Positions 21,636 through 29,787 are shown, numbered from the stretch's first letter. The stretch: 32,000 nucleotides of DNA from Synechococcus sp. A15-24 (GCF_014280195.1 NZ_CP047960.1:2190001-2222000); one strand, 5' to 3'. Notes: generated from the sequence alone by a model not told the origin. Numbers and translations: made by a program.

Positions 21636-21863
21636 TCGTCCTCTCCGAGATGAACAGGTCCCCGTTCCTTGACCTGAGAACCACTGCGCCCTGAACCAGG
21701 GTGAACGGCTGGTATTGGTTGATACAGATAAATCATGACAAGCCAATGGATACAGATGTCGTTCGTGTCGAAACAAAATGGCAAACGGTTAATATTCTTC
21801 ACAAAGGTCTGCCCCAGCAAAGTAGAAGGTGCCCATGTACGGCATGTCCCTGCCCGAAAGCAA

Positions 21864-22343
21864 TTGAAGAATTTCTTACCAATTGGAGCGATAGCCTGCC
21901 TACTCTCCGTGACAACGACAGCAATTCAAGGGTGCTACCAGCAAGCCAAGGAAACTCCCAGTCATGAAGCTCAACCCGGCGACACGCTTGTGGTGAAGGG
22001 AGGTGCAGAGATACGCCTGACCCACACCTTCAAACCAGGAGAACCCAATGGACTCTTCGATGGAGGAATCAGGGTCACAACGGATCAATCCGTGACGAGC
22101 ACTGCAGAGGTGAATGCGGTCTGCAGCATGCCTGATCTGCCGAACTGGCCTCAGTACGACAACATTTATGGACGTTGGTTAACGGACGGCGAAACGCCTG
22201 GTGTCGAGGGAGGAAAAACGGACTGGCAACTGTTGCTCTATTTCAATGGCCAGACCGAGGAGAAGGGCCGCGAACCAGCTCCTGCATGGGCCCAACGCCT
22301 CGCGCAAAACCTTTGTCGAAAAGGAGATTTCCTAGACGACTGA
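21864..22343 (+). CDS. putative lipoprotein (159 aa if TTG start)
   Basis: Within the 21735-22343 ORF, 'KNFLPIGAIACLLSVTTTAIQGC' is a signal peptide ending in a lipobox-like IQGC. The in-frame TTG at 21864 would place it at the N-terminus. The ATG at 21735 would leave 43 aa in front of it. Confidence 0.45.
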   Translation: MKNFLPIGAIACLLSVTTTAIQGCYQQAKETPSHEAQPGDTLVVKGGAEIRLTHTFKPGEPNGLFDGGIRVTTDQSVTSTAEVNAVCSMPDLPNWPQYDNIYGRWLTDGETPGVEGGKTDWQLLLYFNGQTEEKGREPAPAWAQRLAQNLCRKGDFLDD

Positions 22344-22471
22344 GCTACCTAGGGAGGCCAAGCATCTCCGTAATGGCCAACGGTCGCCCAACAAAATGAC
22401 ACAACAGTGGCAATTGATACGGCCAGGCTCTCCTCGAGACCTGACTATGGGAATGGTTCTCATTCTCGCCA

Positions 22472-22774
22472 ATGGCTAGTACCGGCAGTGTCAGTTCCTG
22501 GGACGAGTCTGTGCTCGTCGCAATGATTCAATATCCCGTGCCTGTGATCACAGGTCCAGCCGATATCCATACACAAGTCGACCAGATTTGCAAAGCCGTA
22601 GCGTCAACAAAAGCTGGATATCCGGAAGCAGACATAATTGTGATGCCTGAGTACTCAACTCAAGGTTTAAACACAGCCATTTGGACCTATGCCACAGAAC
22701 AGAGTGACAAATTCGATCCCAGCAACAGCAACAGCCTGACAAAGTTTGCTGCCGCAAGTTTGCTCTCTGCATGA
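22472..22774 (+). pseudogene. truncated remnant of a nitrilase-superfamily aliphatic amidase/formamidase (AmiE/AmiF type)
   Basis: The first ~70 codons, 'VLVAMIQYPVPVI...DQICKAVASTKAGYPEADIIVMPEYSTQGLNTAIW', match the N-terminus of AmiF/AmiE-type enzymes as I recall them (...AAIQFPVP...ATKAGYPG..LI.FPEYSTQGLNTAKW), including the catalytic Glu. Full-length enzymes are ~335-345 aa. The frame here degenerates after ~22685 and stops at 22774 inside a palindrome. The Lys and Cys of the triad are missing. Confidence 0.6.
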
Positions 22775-22786
22775 GAGCAAACTTGC
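22754..22786. repeat. perfect 14-bp inverted repeat with 5-nt loop
   Basis: GCAAGTTTGCTCTC-tgcat-GAGAGCAAACTTGC. The 9-mer AAGTTTGCT also occurs directly upstream (22742-22750). The pseudogene stop codon lies in the loop/stem. Confidence 0.9.
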
Positions 22787-22883
22787 GACGAATTAAGATT
22801 TTTTTATCATACTGTAGGATTAAAAAAAGTATCACATAAAACAAAGTTTTAGTATCAAAACAGTGCAATTTTTAATTGCGTAT

Positions 22884-22906
22884 AAAGGGCCACATCTTGG
22901 CCCTTT
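22884..22906 (+). terminator. GC-rich hairpin in the fmdA upstream region (terminator-like or 5'-leader structure)
   Basis: AAAGGGCCA-catct-TGGCCCTTT (9-bp stem) followed by CGTTGTGTCTTT, ~40 nt upstream of the fmdA ATG. The T-tract is interrupted, so terminator function is uncertain. Confidence 0.35.
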
Positions 22907-22947
22907 CGTTGTGTCTTTAATAAAACAGTGTTAGCTTCTTGCTATCA

Positions 22948-24153
22948 ATGCCCGAAACGCTTTTCAAAGTTGATCTCACCAAGTCGATGGATCAGCAGGA
23001 TATGCCTGGACATAACCGTTGGCATCCAGATATTCCTGCAGTCGCATCAGTTAATCCAGGCGATGTCTTTCGAATTGAGTGCAAAGACTGGACAGATGGA
23101 CAGATTAAAGACAACGACAATCCCCAAGATATTGCTGATGTGAATCTCGAGGTTGTTCACGTTCTAAGTGGTCCAATTTGGGTCAATGGAGCTCAGCCAG
23201 GAGATATTTTGGTTGTTGATATCCTCGAGGTAGGAGCACTTCAAGGTGATGAGTGGGGTTTTACTGGAATCTTTGCCAAAGAAAACGGTGGAGGATTTCT
23301 GACCGATCATTTTCCAAAAGCAGCAAAAGCAATCTGGGATTTGGAAGGAGTTTTTACGTCCTCTCGCCACATTCCCGGAGTTCGTTTCGCTGGCATCACC
23401 CATCCAGGCCTGATCGGTTGCGCTCCCTCCATAGATCTGCTCCAGGAATGGAACCGTCGAGAAACAGAGTTGGTTCAGACTGCACCAGACCGCAGAACCT
23501 ATGGCGCAGGACTTTCTGGAACGGAACCGGTTCTGGCAGCTTTGCCGAACCCAAACAGCGCCATTCTTGGGAACGTCGCTGCTGGAGATTTTGAGAGAAT
23601 TGCTAACGAAGCAGCTCGGACTGTTCCTCCACGGGAACATGGAGGAAACTGCGACATTAAAAATCTCACAAAAGGAACACGGATCTATTTCCCTGTGTAC
23701 GTAGAGGGTGCAAAGCTCTCCATGGGTGACATTCACTTTTCTCAGGGTGATGGGGAAATTTCATTCTGTGGTGCTATCGAGATGTCTGGATATCTCGATC
23801 TTCATGTTGAGCTGATCAAAGGAGGGATGGCTAAATATGGCATGGTCAATCCAATGTTCAAGACCAGTCCTGTTGAGCCTCATTACTCTGATTATCTAGT
23901 CTTTGAGGGCATCTCTGTCGATGAATTTGAAGGGAAACAATATTATATGGATGTGCATATCGCTTATCGCAGAGCCTGCCTAAATGCAATTGAATACTTG
24001 AAAAAATTTGGTTATACAGGAGAACAGGCCTATCTCTTGCTGAGCTGCGCTCCGGTTGAAGGCAGGATCAGTGGAATTGTCGACATTCCAAATGCGTGCT
24101 GCACCCTTGCCATACCAACTTCCATATTTGACAAAGATATTCTCCCCTGCTAA
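22948..24153 (+). CDS. fmdA: formamidase (acetamidase/formamidase family, FmdA type)
   Basis: 401-aa ORF from the ATG at 22948. 'HNRWHPDIP', 'PGD.F..EC.DWTDGQI.D', 'H.LSGPI.V.GA.PGD.L.V.I', 'REHGGNCDIKNL..G..IYFPV' and 'GDIHFSQGDGE' are hallmark FmdA/AmdA motifs. The size matches ~400-410-aa formamidases. Confidence 0.85.
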   Translation: MPETLFKVDLTKSMDQQDMPGHNRWHPDIPAVASVNPGDVFRIECKDWTDGQIKDNDNPQDIADVNLEVVHVLSGPIWVNGAQPGDILVVDILEVGALQGDEWGFTGIFAKENGGGFLTDHFPKAAKAIWDLEGVFTSSRHIPGVRFAGITHPGLIGCAPSIDLLQEWNRRETELVQTAPDRRTYGAGLSGTEPVLAALPNPNSAILGNVAAGDFERIANEAARTVPPREHGGNCDIKNLTKGTRIYFPVYVEGAKLSMGDIHFSQGDGEISFCGAIEMSGYLDLHVELIKGGMAKYGMVNPMFKTSPVEPHYSDYLVFEGISVDEFEGKQYYMDVHIAYRRACLNAIEYLKKFGYTGEQAYLLLSCAPVEGRISGIVDIPNACCTLAIPTSIFDKDILPC

Positions 24154-24187
24154 GCACTTACTTCTACCATTATTTATCGATTTTCAC

Positions 24188-24472
24188 ATGCCAGTCTACG
24201 AATATTCCTGCCAATCTAGTGAATGCCTCACCTATGAAGTATGGCGATCAATTGATCAACGTTCTGTTCAAACAGAATGCCCTACTTGTGGAAGAGAAGG
24301 CAAGAGGATTTTCAATCCACCCATGGTGTTATCCTCATCTATTCGCTCGAAAATCGAAGTTAAGGAACCAAAACTTGTGAGCAAAAAAAATTCAATATAT
24401 GCGACTGAGGCTTCAAAGCCTCGATTACGCACAAACGATTCACGTCCTTGGATGTTGAATCGAGGTTGCTAA
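24188..24472 (+). CDS. fmdB: FmdB-family zinc-ribbon putative regulatory protein
   Basis: 'MPVYEYSC....C...EVW.S........CP.CG......F' matches the N-terminal FmdB/CxxC_CxxC_SSSS zinc-ribbon pattern. The tail is Ser/Lys-rich and ends in GC. I chose the ATG at 24188 because the track start at 24056 lies inside fmdA. Confidence 0.7.
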   Translation: MPVYEYSCQSSECLTYEVWRSIDQRSVQTECPTCGREGKRIFNPPMVLSSSIRSKIEVKEPKLVSKKNSIYATEASKPRLRTNDSRPWMLNRGC

Positions 24473-24495
24473 GAAAAGACTATCAAAATCAAAAC

Positions 24496-24535
24496 AAATG
24501 GGGTGTGATTAAAAATCACACCCCATTTTTATTCT
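24496..24535. terminator. bidirectional intrinsic terminator between convergent fmdB and urtE
   Basis: AAATGGGGTGTGATT-aaa-AATCACACCCCATTT (about a 15-bp stem) is followed by TTTTATT on the plus strand and by TTTGTTTTGATTTTG on the minus strand. Confidence 0.8.
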
Positions 24536-24537
24536 GA

Positions 24538-25284
24538 TTAAACTGTCAGGAATTCTTCAATCACATGATCTGATAATTGTGAGGTTGGACCACTCGATAC
24601 AATACCACCTCGTTGCATCGCATAATAGAAATTAGACTGCTTCACAAAATGAAGGTGTTGCTCAACCAGAAGAACACTAATGCCTGTTTCTTTAATGATC
24701 CGTTTGACAGCACGTTCAATGTCGAGAATAATCGATGGCTGGATCCCTTCGGTTGGCTCATCTAACAAAAGAAGCTTGGGCTTGCCAAGAAGTGCACGTG
24801 CAATCGCAAGTTGTTGCTGCTGACCTCCACTGAGGTCACCTCCACGTCGATTCAGAAACTGTTCAAGAATAGGAAACAATTCAAAAACAATGGGATCAAT
24901 ATGACGATTTCGCCCCATCCCCCCAGACAATGATTCCATTCCGATCAAAAGATTCTCTCGAACTGTAATTCGAGGAATAATATCTCGGCCTTGGGAAACA
25001 TAACCAATTCCTCCCCTTGCTCGTTTATAAGGAGGCTGGTTAGTTAACATTTTTCCGTCATATTCAATCGAACCAGATCGTTGCTCGAGAAGACCAATGA
25101 TCGTCTTTAGAAAGGTTGTCTTTCCCACTCCATTACGACCGATCAAACAAATCATTTCCCCCTCAGGGATATGCAGATCAACATTTCTGAGAATGTGACT
25201 CTCGCCATAATAGACATTCAAGCCATTTGCTCGAAGAACTGTTTTTGCTGAGGTTGGATGTGTGGTGGTTGTCGTTTGTACCAT
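24538..25284 (-). CDS. urtE: urea (short-chain amide) ABC transporter ATP-binding protein UrtE
   Basis: Walker A 'GRNGVGKTT', ABC signature 'LSGGQQQQL', Walker B 'LLLLDEP'. Branched-chain/urea (LivF-like) type, last gene of the urtABCDE order. Confidence 0.85.
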   Translation of the reverse strand: MVQTTTTTHPTSAKTVLRANGLNVYYGESHILRNVDLHIPEGEMICLIGRNGVGKTTFLKTIIGLLEQRSGSIEYDGKMLTNQPPYKRARGGIGYVSQGRDIIPRITVRENLLIGMESLSGGMGRNRHIDPIVFELFPILEQFLNRRGGDLSGGQQQQLAIARALLGKPKLLLLDEPTEGIQPSIILDIERAVKRIIKETGISVLLVEQHLHFVKQSNFYYAMQRGGIVSSGPTSQLSDHVIEEFLTV

Positions 25285-25316
25285 GATCTTTAAAGGGATT
25301 AGTGAATAAAAAGATA

Positions 25317-26060
25317 CTATTCAGATTGACCGAGATAAACCTCAATCACTTTTGGATCAGACTTTACCTCATCAAGTGAACCTTCCGTCAACAACTGCCC
25401 TTGATGCAACACAGTGACTGGTGCGGCAAGATCACGAATAAACTCCATATCATGCTCAATTACCACCACGGTATGTTCACCTGCAAGGGATTTAATCAGT
25501 TCAGCTGTTTTGTTCGTCTCGTCATCGGTCAAGCCTGCCACTGGCTCGTCCAGAAGAATGATATCTGGAGATTGAGCAACAAGCATTGAAATCGCAAGCC
25601 ATTGTTTTTGGCCGTGAGACAAAGAACCGGCCAAGACCTTTGCATAAGGAGCAAGGCCCACATAATCCATCAAGCGATAGACCTCATCTTTAGCCGTGTT
25701 ATTGAGTTTTTCAAACATAAGACTGAATGGCATCTTGCTCGGTGAAGCAGCCAACTCAAGATTTCTAGAGACCGAAAGATTTTCAAACACGCGAGGTGTC
25801 TGAAACTTACGACCAACACCTAGTCTTGAAATCTTCTGTTCCGAAAAACCAATAATGCTGGAACCTCGCAGGGAGACTGAGCCTTTGGTTGGCTTAACCT
25901 TTCCAGTGATGACATCTAGAAAAGTTGTTTTACCAGCGCCATTGGGTCCAATGATTGATCTTAACTCACCATGCTCTAGTGAGATGGAAAGATCAGTCAA
26001 TGCGAAGAAACCATCAAAATCAACGCTGACATCGTTCAATTCAAGAATTGGTGTTGACAT
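25317..26060 (-). CDS. urtD: urea ABC transporter ATP-binding protein UrtD
   Basis: Walker A 'GPNGAGKTT', signature 'LSHGQKQWL', Walker B 'IILLDEPVAG'. LivG-like, fourth gene of the operon. Confidence 0.85.
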   Translation of the reverse strand: MSTPILELNDVSVDFDGFFALTDLSISLEHGELRSIIGPNGAGKTTFLDVITGKVKPTKGSVSLRGSSIIGFSEQKISRLGVGRKFQTPRVFENLSVSRNLELAASPSKMPFSLMFEKLNNTAKDEVYRLMDYVGLAPYAKVLAGSLSHGQKQWLAISMLVAQSPDIILLDEPVAGLTDDETNKTAELIKSLAGEHTVVVIEHDMEFIRDLAAPVTVLHQGQLLTEGSLDEVKSDPKVIEVYLGQSE

Positions 26061-26110
26061 TGCTTAAACAGTGTTGGTTGACATGAAGAAGAAGGTTGTT
26101 TAAAAGCAAA

Positions 26111-27232
26111 CTATTGTGATTCAACTGTGTAACTTTTATCTATTTCTAATTTTGGATAAGTCGAAGATTTTTTGGCAATTCCAAAGGCTGCCAACATCGA
26201 AGTAAATCCACCATTCTTGAACCATCCATAAATACCATCCGGCATCAACACAACCACGAAGATAAACAGACCACCCTGCACAAACAACCAGGCTTCTGGT
26301 AGTGCTTCACTGACAAGGCTTCGTAAGTAGTTCACCAAAACGGCGCCTATAATCGGTCCGATCAATGTTCCACGACCACCAACGGCGACCCAAATCACCA
26401 TTTCAATAGACATTGAAATGGCCATGTACTGAGGTGAAACGATACCTGACTGAACTGTATAAAGTGCACCTGAAATGCCAGCCAAGCCACCAGCAACTAA
26501 AAAGACGATCACTTTAAAAGGAACCGGATTAAACCCACTGAAACGGAGTCGTGCTTCATCATCTCTGATCCCGATCAAAGCATCACCAAAACGACCACTC
26601 GTTAAAAACTTACATAAGAGATAGGCAAAAGGGAGAATTATAAGTGTAATCCGATAGAACATAATCTGAGCATCATCGGAGCCCACGATCATTCCGAAGA
26701 TCTCCGTTGTGCTCGTCTTAAGGCCATTCGTTCCATTAACAAGCTTCTGCTGACCATTGAAAAAATGGTAAAAAACCATCAAAGAAGCCTGAGTAATAAT
26801 AGAAAAATAAACACCCTTGATTCTGTTTCTAAAAATCAAATATCCGACAAGGCCAGCAACCACAGCAGGAATTAACCATATAGCAATCAATGTCCAAGGG
26901 AATGACCAGAATGGTTGCCAGAAAAACGGAAGGTTATCAACACCATAATTCTCAAAGAACTTAGGCAGACCATTAGCACCAGTGGTGAAATCATTGTTAG
27001 TCACCAAGAGAAGATGCATGGCTATGGCATAACCACCCAAGGCAAAGAAGATACCTTGACCAAGACTTAGGAGTCCGGTATATCCCCAGATCAGGTCGAT
27101 ACCTAAAGCAATGATAGCTAAAGAAAAATACCTACCGAAAAGGTTAAGGCGGAACTGTGAAAGAATCGCTGGTAGGACAAAGAATGCGAAGGCGAGAAGA
27201 AGCCAGGGAATCAGCTTTTTGAAAATTTTCAT
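26111..27232 (-). CDS. urtC: urea ABC transporter permease UrtC
   Basis: 373-aa polytopic membrane protein of the LivM-like family ('LSLGQGIFFALGGY', 'GGRGTLIGPIIGA'). Confidence 0.8.
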   Translation of the reverse strand: MKIFKKLIPWLLLAFAFFVLPAILSQFRLNLFGRYFSLAIIALGIDLIWGYTGLLSLGQGIFFALGGYAIAMHLLLVTNNDFTTGANGLPKFFENYGVDNLPFFWQPFWSFPWTLIAIWLIPAVVAGLVGYLIFRNRIKGVYFSIITQASLMVFYHFFNGQQKLVNGTNGLKTSTTEIFGMIVGSDDAQIMFYRITLIILPFAYLLCKFLTSGRFGDALIGIRDDEARLRFSGFNPVPFKVIVFLVAGGLAGISGALYTVQSGIVSPQYMAISMSIEMVIWVAVGGRGTLIGPIIGAVLVNYLRSLVSEALPEAWLFVQGGLFIFVVVLMPDGIYGWFKNGGFTSMLAAFGIAKKSSTYPKLEIDKSYTVESQ

Positions 27233-27249
27233 GGTAAAAACAGTAGTAA

Positions 27250-28407
27250 TCAGGATTCGACAGATCGTCCCTTTTGAGGGAACATCCCAGTAGGTTTAAA
27301 TTGAAGGAACGTAATAATAAAGATAAATATCAGCACATATGACATACTTGTTGTGGCAAAGAACTCAATCACAGCAGCAGGACCAGCCGGTATATTGTCG
27401 AAAGCAATTAAGATGGCACCAGATCCAATGATGGATTGAATGATGCCAAGCATCATCGAAGCAATCACAGTACCAACAAGATTTCCAACTCCCCCTAGAA
27501 CAATAACCATAAAGCAAGAAACGATATAGGCCGCTCCAAGATTGGGTCCTACAGAGCCAAGCAGAGTGATCGCACTACCAGCAACACCAGCTAAGCCTGA
27601 TCCAATCCCGAAGGTGATGCTGTCGACACTATCAGTGGGAATACCCAAGCAATTGCTCATCTGGCGATTTTGAGTGACAGCACGGATACGTAAACCCCAA
27701 ACACTCTTTGTGAGGAACCATGCCACAAACGCAAGCAGCAGAGCCGAAAGGATAATGATAAAAATTCGAATACCTGGCAACTCAATCCCCGCAATGGAAC
27801 CCCAGCTTCCTTGCAACCATTTCGGAGCTGTCACGTCAATATTGCGAGGTCCAAACCAAGCTTTAGAGAGCATCTTAGAAGCTGTCATCGCATTAATTGA
27901 AATAAATCCAATCGCTGATGCCACAACCCAAGCAAAACCTGATAAATAAGGGTAGAAATTAGCACTTTTAAGCTTTGCTGGTGAAAATCGTTGAGAGAAA
28001 TAACCTAGCAATATCGCAATTAATATACCTAAAACCATACTTGTTGAAACACTGCGTATAAATTGAATCAGCACAAGGCTGACACCCCAAGTAGCAAGCA
28101 ATGTCTCAAGCGGTCGGCCATATAATTGCCGTATTAATGTTCTTTCCAGAAGAATGCCGACAATTCCAGTAATGACAAAGGCAAAAAATAATGCGAAAAA
28201 ATAATAGAGTTGGAAAACACCTTCGCCAAGAGGCTTGAACATGTTTTGAGTGACAAAAGTCACGTAAGCTCCAACCATCATCAACTCGCCATGAGCGAGA
28301 TTGATTACCCCCATCAAACCAAAAACGATGGCAAGGCCAGTAGCCGCAAGAAGCAAAACTGACCCAATGCTGAGCCCATCAAGGAGCTGTGAAAAAATTA
28401 ATTCCAT
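27250..28407 (-). CDS. urtB: urea ABC transporter permease UrtB
   Basis: LivH-like polytopic permease ('GVINLAHGELMMVGAY', 'LGGVGNLVGT'). I chose the ATG at 28407 (MELIFSQLLDGLS...). The track start at 28437 is a TTG inside the urtA terminator hairpin. Confidence 0.8.
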   Translation of the reverse strand: MELIFSQLLDGLSIGSVLLLAATGLAIVFGLMGVINLAHGELMMVGAYVTFVTQNMFKPLGEGVFQLYYFFALFFAFVITGIVGILLERTLIRQLYGRPLETLLATWGVSLVLIQFIRSVSTSMVLGILIAILLGYFSQRFSPAKLKSANFYPYLSGFAWVVASAIGFISINAMTASKMLSKAWFGPRNIDVTAPKWLQGSWGSIAGIELPGIRIFIIILSALLLAFVAWFLTKSVWGLRIRAVTQNRQMSNCLGIPTDSVDSITFGIGSGLAGVAGSAITLLGSVGPNLGAAYIVSCFMVIVLGGVGNLVGTVIASMMLGIIQSIIGSGAILIAFDNIPAGPAAVIEFFATTSMSYVLIFIFIITFLQFKPTGMFPQKGRSVES

Positions 28408-28420
28408 CAGTACATGGGGT

Positions 28421-28451
28421 AAAAAAAAGGGCCACAAGTTTATTGTGGCCC
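28421..28451 (-). terminator. intrinsic terminator/attenuator between urtA and urtB
   Basis: On the minus strand, GGGCCACAA-taaac-TTGTGGCCC (9-bp GC-rich stem) is followed immediately by T8 (plus-strand A-run 28421-28428). It lies 29 nt after the urtA stop and 14 nt before the urtB ATG. Confidence 0.75.
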
Positions 28452-28479
28452 ACTATTCAAAGAAATTCAGAAGTAACGA

Positions 28480-29787
28480 TTACATCTTGAACTTTCCGGC
28501 ATCAGCACGATCAAGGGTCCAGTCGCACTTGTAGCCTTTGGTCTCAGGAACGTACTGGTTCCAAGTGATAGGAGGAACAGGGGTCTTGCTGTCCCAGAGA
28601 ATCTCAAACTGACCATCCTCCTTAGCCTCACCAATCCGCACAGTCTGTGAGATGTGGTGATTGGGATACATCTCAATCGGACCCTGAGGAGCATCGAGCT
28701 TAATTCCGATCAGTGCATCCCGGACAGCATCCAGATCTTCATAAGTGCCAGCCTTCTCAACAGCAGCCTTCCAGAGGTAAACCATGTTGTAAGCCGACTC
28801 CATCGGATCGTTCGTCACACGATCATCACCGTACTCAGCAAGGAATGCTGAATTGAAGGTATCGGAGGCCGAGGTTCCGAGGGACATGAAATAGTTCCAG
28901 GCCGCATAAGTGCCGCCCACATACTCAGGTCCGATCTGACGGATCTCCTCCTCAGCGATGGAGAAGGACATGATCGGATACTTTTCCGGAGTAATTCCTG
29001 CTGCCTTGAACTGCTTGAACAGGGCAACGTTGGAATCACCGTTCAGAGTGTTGATGATGATTCCACCATCAGGGAACTCCTTCTTGATCTTGGCGATGAT
29101 AGGTGCCACCTCAGTGTTGCCCAGAGGGATGTAGTCCTCACCGACTGTCTCACCACCCAGGCTCTTGACCTGCTCTTTGATGATGGTGTTAGCAGTTCTG
29201 GGGTAGACGTAGTCAGAACCAACCAAATAAACCTTCTTGCCGTACTTGTCGGCGAACTGCTCAAACAGCCAGTCAACAGCGGGCTCAGCCTGCTGGTTAG
29301 GGACAGCGCCGGTGTAGAAGATGTTCTTGGAGCACTCCTGACCTTCGTACTGAATTGGGTAGAAGAGGAAGTGATCCTTGGCTTCGTAAACCGGAAGCAT
29401 TGCCTTCCGACTTGCGGATGTCCAGCCGCCAAACACAACGGCAACCTTATCGGCGTCGATCAGCTTCTGTGACTTCTCCGCGAAGGTAGGCCAATCTGAA
29501 GCACCATCTTCAGAGGTGTAGGTGATCTTGTAGCTCTTGCCATCGATTTTGACGCCACCGTCGGCATTGATTTCCTTGATCGCCATCTCCTCGACTTCTT
29601 TTAGAGTCGTTTCGGAGATCGCCATCGTTCCGCTAAGGGAATGAAGGATGCCAACTTTGATTTCACCATCAAAATCTGCACCACCACCAGCGGAATCACC
29701 ACTGTCTCCGCCACAGGCGGTCATTGTGACTCCCACTGTTGTGGCAGCGAAAGCAGCTAGCAGACGCTTCGTAAACGTTGAATTCAT
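28480..29787 (-). CDS. urtA: urea/short-chain amide ABC transporter substrate-binding lipoprotein UrtA
   Basis: 'KVGILHSLSGTMAISE..L.....MA..EINA.GGV', 'VFGGWTSASRKA' and 'YP.QYEGQE' are typical of UrtA/FmdD-type binding proteins. The signal peptide has 'VTMTAC' followed by a Gly/Ser/Asp linker. The ATG at 29787 is preferred over the track GTG at 29799. Confidence 0.88.
   Translation of the reverse strand: MNSTFTKRLLAAFAATTVGVTMTACGGDSGDSAGGGADFDGEIKVGILHSLSGTMAISETTLKEVEEMAIKEINADGGVKIDGKSYKITYTSEDGASDWPTFAEKSQKLIDADKVAVVFGGWTSASRKAMLPVYEAKDHFLFYPIQYEGQECSKNIFYTGAVPNQQAEPAVDWLFEQFADKYGKKVYLVGSDYVYPRTANTIIKEQVKSLGGETVGEDYIPLGNTEVAPIIAKIKKEFPDGGIIINTLNGDSNVALFKQFKAAGITPEKYPIMSFSIAEEEIRQIGPEYVGGTYAAWNYFMSLGTSASDTFNSAFLAEYGDDRVTNDPMESAYNMVYLWKAAVEKAGTYEDLDAVRDALIGIKLDAPQGPIEMYPNHHISQTVRIGEAKEDGQFEILWDSKTPVPPITWNQYVPETKGYKCDWTLDRADAGKFKM

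Noticed and set aside
21407-21820. 137-aa and 135-aa minus-strand ORFs (21407-21820 and the long form 21369-21776)
   Set aside because: They overlap each other and the lipoprotein ORF upstream region. Only the short form, starting at the RBS-preceded ATG at 21635, looks credible.
22829-22865. GTA-N8-AAC (22829-22842) and GTA-N8-GTG (22852-22865) near-matches upstream of fmdA
   Set aside because: Each has a defective second half-site, and neither has a correctly spaced -10 element. They lie in very AT-rich DNA where such matches are expected by chance.
22548-22868. 106-aa minus-strand ORF across the amidase remnant and the AT-rich spacer
   Set aside because: It is antisense to the recognisable amidase N-terminus and runs through AT-rich palindromic DNA. 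The translation is low-complexity (Leu/Cys/Lys-rich).
24056-24187. N-terminal extension of the fmdB ORF given in the track
   Set aside because: It lies within the 3' end of fmdA in another frame. The conserved FmdB N-terminus 'MPVYEY' begins at 24188.
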